Shown here one piece after another: positions 11,489 to 24,165 of a stretch of 64,000 nt of DNA; positions within the stretch are counted from its first letter, which is position 1, and every line of letters starts with the position of its first letter. The position numbers and the translations under genes are program-made. The stretch lies in the NCBI GenBank assembly GCA_951406725.2, contig OX597817.1:173228001-173292000 (forward strand), given 5' to 3'. Source of the DNA: Octopus vulgaris (taxonomy: Eukaryota). The notes under the pieces were generated by a model. The model was given only the letters and a program-made list of their open reading frames with translations. It ran no database searches and had not been told where the DNA came from.

Positions 11489-12365
11489 TATATATATATA
11501 ATATATTGTTATATTTTGGAATGGTCATATTGCCAGTTTAGCCAATAATATATATATATACACACACATATATATATTACATATTATGTAAACAGATGTA
11601 AGTTTGTTTTTGAAGCGTTGAAATGTATTGTAAAACAAGTAGAAAAATATGTTTTATAATGTGTAAATACTGATGTAACAGCATATATAGGATAAGATCC
11701 TTTAGAACAGAAAAAATTGTCAGTAACCAGCCAGCTGGTTGCTGACAAATGTTTTCTGCTGTAAAAGGATTTTATCCTGCATATGCTGTTCTATCAGTAT
11801 TTACGTGTTGAAATATATATCCTTTTATTATTTGTTCCACAATACATATATATATATATATAATCCATTCGTGGCCGTTGCCAGCGCTGCCCCGACTGGC
11901 CTCGTGCCGGTGGCACGTAAAAAGCACCATCCGTTCATGGCTGTTGCCAGCCTCGCCTGGCCCCCGTGCCGGTGGCACATAAAAAGCACCATCCGATCGT
12001 GGCCGTTTTTAGATTTAGGGTTAGAGTTAGAGTTAGGGTTAGGGTTAGGGGTGGGGGAAGGGTATCTTTTTTTTCTTCGCAAATGTAAATAAACCCAATC
12101 TGTTTCTTAAACGAGAGACATATTCATACAGCACGGAATGTTTTCACCCCAAATGGAGGTCAGCAATTGGTTAAAATTGCCGAAATGCTTGAAATTTCAG
12201 ACGAAATATCTTACAAAATATAGAATTTTCTCAATAAAGTCAAGAAAAAATGATGTTTTATAAACACATTCAACCAGTATATGAAGTTTAAAAGTGTTTA
12301 GTTAACTAGAAATTGTGTTGACATGTGCCGTTCAAAAGGAAAAGATCCTATATATATTATATATA

Positions 12366-12578
12366 CAGTGTACATTTAAATACATGAGATGGCCATAATC
12401 GGACATCTAAACTGCTAGAAGGAGTAGTTAAAATCCAAACCAGGAAATCGATGGTAAATGTTTTTATTTTTCATCCCCTTTTGAAATTACCCCTAATTGT
12501 GGTTTGGATTTTAACTACTCCTTCTAGCGGTTTAGATGTCCGATTGTGGCCTTCTCTTATGTGTTTAAATGTACACTG
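12366..12578. mobile_element. Palindromic Tc1/mariner-type MITE with ~76-bp arms
   Basis: TA|CAGTGTACATTTAAA...TTTAAATGTACACTG|TA; arms 12366-12441 and 12501-12578 are near-complementary. Confidence 0.8.
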
Positions 12579-12692
12579 TATTTATAATGAATAATATATA
12601 GTCTATTGATTAGATTTTCTACACGTTAGGCCACGGTGGTAAAAAATTTCTAAATAATATTTTACTACTCTGAAATTTATATATATGTATAT

Positions 12693-13639
12693 ATAACAGC
12701 CATGCTACATGGCAGTGAAACATGGGCCGTGACTGCTGAGGATATGTGTAAGCTTGCAAGAAATGAAGCCAGTATGCTCCGATGGATGTGTAATGTCAGT
12801 GTTCATACTCGACAGAGTGTAAGTACCTTGAGAGAAAAGCTGGACCTAAGAAGCATCAGATGTGGTGTGCAAGAGAGACGCTTGCGCTGGTATGGTCATG
12901 TGGCGAGATTGGATGAAGATAGTTGTGTGAAAAAGTGCCACACCCTAGTGGTTGAGGGAACCTGTGGAAGAGGCAGAACCAGGAAAACCTGGGACGAGGT
13001 GGTGAAGCACGACCTTCGAACTTTAGGTCTCACTGAGGAAATGACTAGAGACCGAAACCTCTGGAAGTATGCTGTGCGTGAGAAGACCCGGCAGGACAAG
13101 TGAGGTCATAACCCGTGGCCTTCTACATGGGATGTAGCCAGTCCACTTATGCATACCTTCCCTTCTTGGGACGCAAAACTCTACTTGTGAAGACCTGTTG
13201 AGGCAAGTGAGAATCAGAATCGAAATCGATCAATGGAAATTGCAGCTGAGATACCAGTGCCGGTGGCACGTAAGAGAACCATCCGAACGTGGCCGTTGCC
13301 AGCACCGCCCCGACTGGCCTTGTGCCAGTGGCACGTAAAAAGCACCATCCATTCGTGGCCGTTGCCAGCCTCACCTGGCCCCTGTGCTGGTGGCACATAA
13401 AAAGCACCATCCGATTGTGGCCGTTTGCCTGACTCGTCTGGCACCTGTGCCGGTGGCACATAAAAAGTACCCACTACACTCATGGAGTGGTTGGCGTTAG
13501 GAAGGGCATCCAGCCGTAGAAACATTGCCAGATCAGACTGGGCCTGGTGCAACCTTCTGGCTTCCCAGACCCCAGTTGAACCGTCCAACCCATGCTAGCA
13601 TGGAAAGTGGACGCTAAACGATGATGATGATGATGATGA
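12693..13639 (+). mobile_element. RTE-clade LINE 3' end (ORF C-terminus, 3'UTR with ~50-bp tandem repeats, (GAT)n tail)
   Basis: MLHGSETW..RNEASMLRWMC..RRLRWYGHVAR..GRGRTRKTW; repeats GCCGGTGGCAC.TAAAAAGCACCATCC; tail GGACGCTAAACGATGATGAT. UTR pieces also at 1-190 and 11863-12007. Confidence 0.85.
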
Positions 13640-13705
13640 TATATATATATATATATATACCTGTGCCTATATATTCTCTCTCTCTCTATATATATATATG
13701 AAAAA

Positions 13706-13924
13706 TAAGATGGTGCTGAAGAGTTCCTGACTTAAAAGGTATTACAAAAGGCCTGGTTGGAGGCCCAACCTTCTGAGTTCTTTTATAAGGCTTAGAAAAA
13801 CTGAAGGACCACTGCAATAAGTATGTGAATCTGAGAGGGGAATATGTTGAATAAAATCATAATTAACTGATCCTCCTGTACATTCTTTTACCCATAGGCA
13901 GGAACTTTTCAGCACCTCCTCATA
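13706..13924 (+). mobile_element. Mariner-type MITE
   Basis: TIR-like GGTGCTGAAGAGTTCCTG and CAGGAACTTTTCAGCACC; internal GGGGAATATGTTGAATAA (GEYVE*) mariner C-terminus. Confidence 0.65.
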
Positions 13925-14745
13925 TATAGTGTGACAGACAGATTAGATAGATAGATAGATAGACAGATAGACAGATAGATAGATAGATATGTATGTATGT
14001 ATATGTATGTACATGTAGCCCCATAAGTAAGGCAGTGCTTAAATCATAATACGCTATTAAATGCTGCCTTGCTTCTGGGACACCTGGCATAAAAGTGATG
14101 TGGTAGGTTAGATGAGATTTATTTATTTATTTATCAAATGTAATTAAATATAATACGTTTCTTTAAAAATCAACTCCTGCAGCTAGTTCTATTAAATATG
14201 AACAATTGCTGGTAAATGGTGCAACAAGGAGTGTTATTGGTAATTTTGTGTAGCGTACAAAGTATAAAAAAAACACAAAAAAACACTAATAAAGATCCTA
14301 TATATAGTTATGAATGTAACAAAATTGGAATGTGAAGACTCCCAGGAAATTACCATCAGGTAGCAGTAGATGGATGGAGGGAGAAGTTATTGTGTGGTTA
14401 AGCGTAGGCGGTGGTGGTAGTGGTGGGGGGATGGGGTGGAGGACAACATTTTTGGCTCGGTTCTTAATAGGTGAGATAACGAACAGAGAAAATGTTGTTT
14501 CCTGAATGAAAGTGCAACAGAATTGGAAAGGATTCTGATGCGGTTCTTATGCAAGCAAGATAGCCATCCGAATAACAAAATTTCATTTACAATAAGACAC
14601 AATAAGTCCTTGTAATGGAAATATACTTTGCATATAAAACAGAAGGTTGTGTGCTCAAATCAGGTCTGGGGTCATGAATGTGGCAAGACTGGTTAGCTGG
14701 GGTCATGAATGGTCAATGAAGTTTTGAATTTGGCTGCATGCTGTT

Positions 14746-15170
14746 CCTAGCACTGGATTGACCATTGAGCAAAATAAACACATGCTTAGGGCATCAAAGG
14801 AAATGGGGGAACCACAGAAATGGTAACTGGTTTACAGCACAAGAGAAATCACTTTAGACTTGCTAGAATACTAATCGGGATGCCTTATCTCTACTTAGTA
14901 TTAAAGCAGATCTGTTACATAAGATTAATTTCAAGGGTTTGATCAATGACTTGTCAATTAAAAAAGTAGGAGAGAACTTTTCAAATATAAATAAAAAGGA
15001 CATATACAAAAATAAACATTATTTTCCATCCTATTGTTTGTTTTGTTTCAGTTTGAAAAATGAAAATTTATTTTATGGATTATTATTGTTTATATTTTGA
15101 ATTTCATATAAATGGGAGCACCAAAATCTTTTAAGTGTTTAGGGCCTCTATGGGTCTTAATCTGGTCCTA
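14746..15170 (+). mobile_element. Non-autonomous hAT element retaining a dimerisation-domain remnant
   Basis: DALSLLSIKADLLHKINFKGLINDLSIKK (~14879-14965) resembles the hAT C-terminal LSLLSIE....IDF...IDDF..KK motif; degenerate TIR-like ends. Confidence 0.6.
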
Positions 15171-17674
15171 GCTGTTCCCCCAAAATAACCAAAGCTATCT
15201 AAGATTTTTTGACAAGACCATTTGTTCGCACAATACTTGTTGCACAAGCTAGAGATTGTTATACCATTTACAAGTAGAGAGATAGGAATAAATGTGTTTC
15301 TAACATCAGGAGGATTTGAATGTAGATTTGAGATCAGATATGCAGTGGATTGACAGTTACTTCTTCATGTTGTGAGAGGCAGGAAAACCACATGTTTATA
15401 GTGAACAAATAAATTCTTTTAGTCCAGGGCTGAGCAGCAACCAAGAAATCTGTCTTTTCATGGATCTCTCTTTGTCTCTGATTGTATTGTAGCATGCAGT
15501 TCAATGTATAGCCAATGTTGGTGGGGAAACGACATGGAATATTCCACTTTTGAAATTGTATGAGTGAGTGATAGCAATTAAACTGATATCACCTGATGTG
15601 TTGTGGCCTGCTTCTCATTATTGAGTTAATGAGGTTTCAAGTCTAAGCTTTGCTACACCTTCTAAATTAGAAATATTACCTATTTTTTAAAAATCAATTT
15701 ATTGAAATATTGGGTAGCAAGGGTAGTGGTTTGGCAGAATCTTTGGAGCATCATATCAGGTGATATTTCTTCTGGCTCTTTACATTCTGAGTTCAAATCC
15801 AGCTAGGGTCACCTTCACTTTTCCTCCCTCTGGAGTTGATCAAATAAAGTATCAGTCAAGTACCGGAGTCAATTCTATTGACTAACCTCCTTCCTGTAAT
15901 TTTGATTTGCTTATAAGACAAAATCATTGTGAGGAAAATATCTTTGAGTATAAAAAAAAATGAAACAAAATAAACCAACAATGACACTGCCGTCATCATC
16001 ATCATCATCAGTGGTGGAGGTGGTGGCAGTGGCATCGGGTTGGAGAGTTTGACCAGAAGACTACAGCAAGCTCTATTGTCTGTTTTGAAATGGTTTCTAT
16101 GCCTGGATGCCCTTCCTAACATCAGTCACTTTACAGAGGGTACTAGGTGTTTTTTTACATGGCATCAGCACTGGTGAAGTTACCAAGTAACTTGCAAGAC
16201 AAAGACCTCTCAATAGGTGGGAAAGTGGTATTGAGGGAGTTGGCATTGTGCCAGATGATAAGCGGTTAAGTGTGATAGAGGGACAGAAACAAGTGTCTTG
16301 CTGCAGATGAAATACGTGGTCACCCCAGTCATATGAATGAATTAACTGAAGAGAATTTTATCATAAAATAATATGGAGAATAATAAATACCAATTTCGGA
16401 CACAAACCAGCAACAAGCCCTTCTGATGGAACCCAAATAATTCACATATTTATTGAAGCCAGTTAATTATCTTGTGGAGATATAAATAAATAGCTCGGTT
16501 AAAAAATCACAGAAATAATAGATTTAACCCTTTTGTAACCATATTTCTGTTGGCATACATGACTTTCATTTCAATAAAATTTGAGTATAATGAAGAATTC
16601 AGTAAAATAACTTTGTCATAACTAAGCTGATGTTTGAGACATAAATTCAAATGAAATCTTTAAAGAAGTTTTTAATTTAGGCCACTTTAAGGCAGGAAGT
16701 TTTTTTATCATAAAACTAGGGTTTATATCATAAAACTGACTGTTTGATATCAAAAGACTTAAGTTTCTAAAAAAACAAAAGAGAAGAAGAGAAGGGGAGT
16801 GAAAGACATGTGTTTGAAGTTCCATCTGCAAATCTGTTGCTTTTTCCATCAAAAATTGGTGCTTATTTAAATGCCTAAATGCCTAAATCAGTTGTGTATG
16901 TAGACTGAGTGGTGGTTTTTGAATCCCCTTAAAAACTATTAGTGTCTGTATGCATAGGAATGGCTTTGTGGTTGAGAAGCTCACTTTGTAACTGTATGGT
17001 TTCAAGTTCAGTCCCACTGCATGGTACCTTGAGCAAATGTCTTCTACTATGCCCCCAGGATAACTAAAGTCTTGTGGACGAGTTTGGTAGATGGAAACTG
17101 TGTGGAAACCCATCAAGTGTGTGTGTGTATGTATGTGTGTACATGTGTGTGCCTCCCAGAGGTCAAGAGTTATACTTCTCTTCAGACAAATGAACGTGAG
17201 ACCATTGGTCACTCTGACCAGACATTAACTTTATTCCTTTAATATTTTACTGCTCTATGCTTTAAAGTGTGCTTCTGTTTTGGATATATGATACATTGAT
17301 GATAATATAATATATATATATACACACACACACATACATACATGTGTGTATATGTGTCTGTGTGTGTGCATGTTTGCCTCTGTGTGTCTACAAGTGTACG
17401 TTTGACCCCAGCATCACTGTCACTGTTTGATTACTGATGTTGGTTTCTTTATATCCCTGTAACTCAGTGGTTCAGCAAAAGAACCTAGTAGAATAAGTGC
17501 CAGTCTTCAAAAACAAAAAAGAAATAAGAATTGGGATTGATTTCTTGGACTAAACCCTTCAAGGCTGTGCCCCAGCATGGCCGTGGCATGGCCACAGCCC
17601 AATGACTGTAACAAGTAAAACATGCAAAAGACAAAAGACAAAAGGTGATTTGTCAAAAAAATTTTAATTCTTAC

Positions 17675-18184
17675 CTCAATTGGTTCAGTGAATTCACAAT
17701 CAAAACTTTTTTCTTCCCCATTAAAAATCTTCATTTCACAGAATTTGGACTGGGTCTCCCCTTTCACCGTATGACAAGAATAATGGTCAAAGTCACACAT
17801 CTGCAATCTCATAATGTAATTTTTCAAATGTTTTTCTTCAACAAATATGGCAAATTTTTCATTAAAAACTGGATTTTCAGTTTTACGTTTAATTCTTGTC
17901 TGAACTTCAAGGTCAAGTTTATCAAATGAAAATGACTGATGCTGTTTGTGCCGGTTGAAATTAAAAATAGATCGTTGGCTCCGATAGAGGCGGATGCGTA
18001 CATAGTTGTCAACTGGTAAAGAATTTGGTTCCAATAACATCAAATCATTTGCTTTAATGATTTTGATGGTTAGTTTCTTTAGGTCTTGTTCGTATTTCAG
18101 CTTATATGACAAACGGCCCACTTTTGTTGTTTTAGTTGAGCCGTTGACTGTTGTAGAAGATGGATCTTTCTCATTTTCATCCAT
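17675..18184 (-). CDS. Synaptotagmin-like gene, coding exon 3 (C2A domain)
   Basis: ttcttacag|ATG to GAG|gtaaga, 510 nt, phase 0-0. C2 motifs GRLSYKLKY..LTIKIIKANDL, DNYVRIRL, TRIKRKTENPVFNEKF, CDFDHYSCHTVKGE. Confidence 0.93.
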
Positions 18185-18249
18185 CTGTAAGAATTCCATG
18201 GAAAAAATCAATTACTTTAATATACAGAAAACAGCAACAAATACTATTA

Positions 18250-19140
18250 GTGAGATTTAAGAGAAAAACTGAGTATAAGAGGCATCAGACATTGTGTGCA
18301 AGAGAGAAGACTGCATTGGTTCGGTCATGTGATGTGTATGGATGAGACATTGTGTGCGAGAGAGAAGACTGCATTGGTTCGGTCATGTGATGTGTATGGA
18401 TGAGGACATGTTTGTTCCTTCTCGAGCCATCCCCGGCTCATAAGGGCCGGTTTCCGGTTTCTTGGCGTATAGGTTCCTCACCTGGATGGGACACCGGTCC
18501 ATCGCAGATGAGCTGCAAGATGCAGGAGGAGAGAAAGTTGTGGCGAAAGAGTCAACAGAAGTTCGCCATTACCTTCTGCCAGAGATGTGTGGAGCTTAGG
18601 TGTTTTGCTCATAAACACACACATCGCCCGGTCTGAGATTCGAACCCGCGATCCCTCGACCACGAGTACGCTGCTCTAACCACTAGGCCATGTGCCTCCA
18701 CATGGATGAGGACATCTGCATAAAGAAGTACTGAGCTCTACTTGTGGAAGGGGCAGACCCAGGAAAACATGTGATGAAGTGATGAGAAAGGATCTTTAGA
18801 TGCTGGGCCTCATGACAAGGGACCGGAAGATGTGGCAATTTGCTGTACTTGATGAGACATGTCAAGCTAAGTAAAATTGCCATCTTTCACACATACAGGC
18901 TTATCCTTTCAGGTGCTGGTGCCACATGAAAATCACCCATGTTGGTTGCTGCATAAACGCACCCATGCCAGTGGGATGTAAACCGTGTTAAGTGGTTGGC
19001 ATGAGGAAAGGCATTCAACTGTAGAAACCATACCACAGCAGACAATCGGAGTCTGGACAGCTCCCTGCTAGCCAACTCCATATCAAACCGTCCAGCCCAT
19101 ACCAGCATGGAAAGTGGATACGAAACGATGATGATGATGA
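18250..19140 (+). mobile_element. Decayed RTE 3' fragment with a 59-bp tandem duplication and a nested SINE
   Basis: TGTGTGCAAGAGAGAAGACTGCATTGGTTCGGTCATGTG is homologous to 12865-12905; ends in (GAT)n. Confidence 0.7.
18410..18701 (-). mobile_element. Young tRNA-derived SINE (Meta/V-domain-like) with a 14-bp TSD, inserted into an RTE fragment
   Basis: A-box TGGCCTAGTGG, B-box GGTTCGAATC, GCGATGGAC...CCCATCCAGG. TSD ATGGATGAGGACAT at 18396-18409 and 18702-18715. Confidence 0.82.
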
Positions 19141-19424
19141 ATATATCATCATTGTCATTGTTGTCATCATCATTGTCATCATCATCATCATCATCATCTG
19201 CCCCGTGTTCACATGGGGCACACAGAATTTGTTGAAGCAAGTTTTCTACAGCTGAACATTCTTCTTGTTGCCAACCCTCATCTGTTTCCAAGTAAGGTAA
19301 TAATTCCTCATGGCCAGAGATGTTTTCATAAAAGATTGGAAATGAAGGACACAATTTATATGGTAGTGATGTTCATTTACAATCATCACATGATGTCAAT
19401 ATGAGATGACACTAACACAGACAG

Positions 19425-19474
<50 letters not shown>

Positions 19475-19852
19475 ACACACATATACATGTTAATATTGAA
19501 CGATGAATATGAGTCCTAATACTACATTGGTGGATAAAAACCTTTTATTTTTTTCAGATTAAGGGAAGTCCCTCTACAATTATCAAGCCAAAGAATAAGT
19601 CCTGGGGTCGATTTGCTTGACTAAAGGCAGTGCTCCAGCATGGCCACAGTAAAATGACTGAAACAAGTAAAAGAGAGTACAGTACTATTTCTACTTTGTG
19701 GATTTTCACTCATCGCAGGAGATTTTGGAACGTAACACCCACGATAGTCAAGGGATTACTGTATATATATATATATATATATACACACTCATTCCAAAAT
19801 TATAAAAAATTTGATTGAACATATGTATATAAAACAAAAAAAAAATGTTTAC

Positions 19853-20010
19853 CTTGCTCAGGGAAAGTTCCATATGATCACCAAAATTGCAGTCAGAATA
19901 ATCGGAACTCTCTACCTCTTTCTGAATATCCATGATGTATGGTCGCAATACTTTCTTTTTGTTGCTTGGTTTTGTGTTGAGAGTTCCATAGTTGGTTTGG
20001 AGACCATCAG
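19853..20010 (-). CDS. Synaptotagmin-like gene, coding exon 2 (linker)
   Basis: aag|CTGATG acceptor (weak, A-rich) and AAG|gtaaac donor. 158 nt bridges phase 1 to phase 0 with no stop: (A)DGLQTNYGTLNTKPSNKKKVLRPYIMDIQKEVESSDYSDCNFGDHMELSLSK. Confidence 0.75.
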
Positions 20011-20924
20011 CTTTATATATTTTTTTTTTTAAATAAAAAAAAGGACATTAAAAGCACTTTAAAACTCGTTTCATATTTTTCAGGCTTTTTTGTTTTTTTT
20101 TCTTGTTCTGTCTTGCAAGCATGGAACTTTTTTGTCTACAACTGAACTATTTTGATACCAAAATGCTTTAGACTACCTCCAGTTCTATGACACAAACTTC
20201 CTATTTCAACCCTTGAGTATTTAGACCAATTATATCCAACCCAAATATTCTTCCTACTTTGTGCTGAAACCAAACAGATTCAGCTTTTCATACCAACCCT
20301 ACAATGTCATTCTAAAATTAAACAAACATATCATCAGAATCTTGAAGCTATGTGATAATGCTTCATTAACTGAAAACAATGTGATAATTAAACATTACAT
20401 TTGATAGAGTAATCTGAATACCAAATGGTTAAAGTAATCTAAATTAAAACCCTCAAATAAAATTTCAGGTTAATTCATGTTCTAAGTACCAGCTTAATAA
20501 GGACAAAGGTATTTTATTAAATTCTTCATTACTTTCAAAATTAATAGGAACAAAGCAGTGTATATAAACAGAAATATGGCAATGAATGGGTTAAAGGAAG
20601 AATTGCAGTGTTCATTATCCATTTCCAGGACAAGAATTAGGGAGGAAAGGAAGAAATTATCCTCATACCCTGCAACAGAGTATTCTGTGCTAAACATAGC
20701 CAAACTGCAGGTGGTGGTACAAAAACAAGTGACAGATATTGTAGACTGTTGTAGATGTGGATACTATGTGATACTGAAATTGAGTAAGGTGTCTTTTCTG
20801 CTGTTAGCCACACAGCTTAGAAAACAAATATTTTGTTGTAACCCAGCTGGTTCTTTTACTAAGTGAAAGAGTGATGTGTATCATCCAAGGCCATACAATA
20901 CATTCACTTATACTGATTTCAAAC

Positions 20925-21740
20925 TTTAGCACAAGGCCAGCAATTCCAGAGGAATGGGTAAGTCAATTACATTGACCCCAGTGCTCAACTGGTACTTATT
21001 TTACCAACCCCAAAAGGATGGAAGACAAAGTCAAACACAGCAAAATATGAACTCAAAACATAAAGAGGGACAAAATGCCACAAAGCATTTTTCCTGGTAT
21101 ACTAACGATTCTGTTACCTTGCTACTTTACATTTACTTATATTGGTTTCAAATTTTGGCACAAGGCCAGGAATTTCGGGGAAGGGGATAAGTCGATTACA
21201 TTGACCCAAGTACTCAACAGGTACTTATTTTATCAACCTTGAAATGATGAAAAGCAAAGTTGACCTCGGTGGAATTTAAACTCAGAATGTAAAGATGGGT
21301 GAAATGCTGCTAAGTATTTTGCTCTGTTGGCTAATGATTCTGGCTGCTTGTCACCCTCATATTTACTTATATTAAAGCTTGAATTTATCCCTTAGCATTA
21401 AAGTTTGTTATTCTATTCTTTTTCAATTTTTATGCATTATGTAATGCTGTGCATTCAACACTGGCCAATCCACTTTTGTCATTGGTCCTTATCTGGAGCA
21501 AATATTTATTAACGTAAGAAAAAATCCTTGTTTTTCTTCAACATAATAAGGCTCTGTAGGTTGAACATGATTCAAAAGTGTGAAATTTGGGGGTGGGGTG
21601 GGGGCTAGGTTAATACATTGACCCCGCCAATACTCAACCAATATTTATTTTATTGATCTTGAAAGGATGAAAGACAAAGTCAACCTTGGCAGAATTTGAA
21701 TGCAAAACATAAAGCAGAAAGAAATACAGCAAACAATTTG
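20925..21740 (-). mobile_element. Three Nin-domain SINE copies
   Basis: Reverse complement of the same head and core (GGTACTTATTTTATC..CCC..AAGGATGAAAG.CAAAGT). Confidence 0.7.
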
Positions 21741-22500
21741 GTCTAGAATTATTCTCAAGGGAAATCATGAAAAGAATTGACGAAACTGGCCACATGGCCA
21801 CACTCCAATGACTGAAACAAATAATAGAGATAAAAAAAATTAAAGACATCCCCAAGAGCCACCGAAATACATTAAGCTAATCCTAATTTCTGGTTCTCAC
21901 AACCTTATGCAACAAAGTGCAGTGCATCGCAATCAACATTGACAAAAGATCTGGTACTTATTTCCCTACAACTCAGTGAACTAATTAATATACGATAAAT
22001 TGGGAAGTTTTAGAGACACAATGAAACATCAAACAGTGGACAAGAACTATGACTCATAAACTAGTAGTACAATTCCTCTTGCATTCAGACGTGTTGCTTT
22101 TAAGTAATAATTATATAGCAACATAATCAATCGTGCTGCACATCAGAACACAGCAGTGTTAGGTATCTGGTAAAGTGAATTCGCAATGCAGATTTAATTT
22201 TCTGTCGAGCCATTTCCCTTCAGCTACCATTGCACCTGTAATTTTTAGGTGTGATCAATAGTGTGGAAAGATATGAGCAGTGTCAAGCTGACTTACCTTT
22301 GACACGCTATATGAAGATAATGACTTTGGTGATGACTCATAGAATAGTTAGGAATTCAAAGACACTTTCATCTAAACTAGTCATAATTAAATTATAAATA
22401 ATTACATATATTGTAATTTTATTAGGCTATTTTCATATTTATATGGCTAGACAGAGATATATAAAAAAAAACCTTTAAAAAGTGTGTGTATGTGTGTGTG

Positions 22501-22535
<35 letters not shown>

Positions 22536-22569
22536 AAACATATCTCCCTAAATAAAGAAATATATATAT

Positions 22570-22802
22570 ATGGAAAAAAAATGTCAAGATAGAAAATGCT
22601 AAAATAATTTCATAAAAAACATTTCAGTACTGGTTTTAGTCATTGGGACTTTTTCAACTGTAAATATGGAAAACAATTAAAATTTTGAAAAATTAAAAGA
22701 AAAGTTTTTTAAAAGAATATTTGCATAGTGTTCAAATACAAGTGGCATTTTCCTTGTTTCTGCCCGTCTCTGTCTCCAGAGGCAACCAGAGTTAACTTCA
22801 TA
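22570..22802 (-). mobile_element. Short PLE-like 3' (pLTR) fragment in (TA)n with a decayed U3-A8 hammerhead (22621-22665)
   Basis: Minus strand reads cag-TTGAAAA-agtc ccaat gact-AAAA-ccagt-a-ctg; TA-repeat flanks. Confidence 0.5.
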
Positions 22803-22959
22803 GATATATATATAAGGTTATCAGAGAAGATAGTTTTCATATGTGGAAGGTGGCATAGGATCCATAAAAACTTTAGAGACTTAGGAAATTGATTCTCTCA
22901 AATGTGCTGGTGGTTCATTTGAGGTAGTAAATAATTTTTGCTTCTTAGGAAACCAAATT

Positions 22960-23730
22960 AGTTGTGGGGGAGGATGCACAGAGACTGTGATAAGAATAGG
23001 ATGGGGAAAATTCAGAGAGATGCTACCTCTGTTGAGCACAAAAGGTTTCTCACTCTGAGTGAAAGGAAAATTGCATGATGCATGTATATGGGCAAAATTC
23101 TACATGGTAGTGAGATGTGGGCTCTGAATGCAGAGGACTTCTGAAGGTTAGAAAGGAATGGGGCGAGTATGCTTCGCTGGATGTGTAATGTAAGTGTACA
23201 TGTTTGACAGTGCTAGGGATCTAAGAGAGAAGTTAGGCATCAGAGGAATTAGTTACTGTGTGCAAGAGAGAAGAATGCACTGGTTTGGTCATGTGATGCA
23301 GATGGATACCAACAGCTCCATAAAGAAGTGCCAATCTCTCAGAGTGGATGGAACACGTGGAATTGGGAGACCCACGAAGACATGGCGTGGAGTATTGAAG
23401 AACGACCTCAAGATGTTGAACCTTTCAGGTAAAATGACAAAAGACTGAGATGCCTGGTGCCTTGCTGTACTCAAGGAGACCTGTACTCCACAACAGGAGT
23501 GTTCAAACAGATCCTTCTGGTGATATAAAGCACTCATGGTGGTGCCACATAAAAGCACCCGTGCAGTACCATGTAAAAGCAGCCATGCAGCGACACGTAA
23601 AAGCACCTGTGCAGTGCCATGTAAAAGTGCCCCCTGTGATACCATGTAAAAGCACCCAGCACACTCCATAAAATGGTTGGCATTAGAAGGGCATCCAGCT
23701 GTAGAAACCATGCCAAATCAGACTGAGGTT
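22960..23730 (+). mobile_element. Decayed RTE 3' fragment
   Basis: LREKLGIRGISYCVQERRMHWFGHVMQM..GRPTKTW, plus UTR tandem repeats TAAAAGCACC. Confidence 0.75.
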
Positions 23731-23959
23731 TTTACTTGCACCTTGTTAATAATTTGAAACAGTGAAAATGTATATAAATTTGGTAAATGGCCTTGGTTTC
23801 TGTGTTGTTTTGCAGAACCTCATATCTTTTACACACTATACACATATAACTGTTGCCATCACTCTGTGGAAATTTCGTTTAATTCCAACAAGTAGGTTTT
23901 AAATAAAATAAAAAATGTTACATCATTAATAATTTGAAACGCAATGTATATATATATAT

Positions 23960-24165
23960 AATCAATCCAAACATGAACAGGCAAGTAAAAACAACAAGAT
24001 GAGGACGTGGAATAAGTACAGTGTTATTGGACGCTCAGGAAAGGAAAGAAAAGAAAGAGCATTTCATATTTCGAGTGGAGCTCTTCATCAGAAATATAGG
24101 AAAAGACCAAAGAAGGGAAGACAGAGAAAGAAAATTGCCAACGATACACATGCGATCACATATTG
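23960..24165 (-). mobile_element. ~210-bp TA-associated repeat with a degenerate hammerhead-like motif (copy 2)
   Basis: Homologous to 11279-11488. Minus strand reads tattt-CTGATGA-a gag ctcca ctc-GAAA-tatg-aaatg. Confidence 0.55.

Noticed and set aside
13250-13480. ~50-bp repeats with variable spacers resembling a CRISPR array (also 23540-23660)
   Set aside because: They are the tandem 3'UTR repeats of the RTE LINE. Spacers resemble each other, there are no cas genes, and the context is eukaryotic.
18630-18701. tRNA-like sequence
   Set aside because: It is a SINE head with A/B boxes that continues into a SINE body with a TSD; no convincing acceptor stem.
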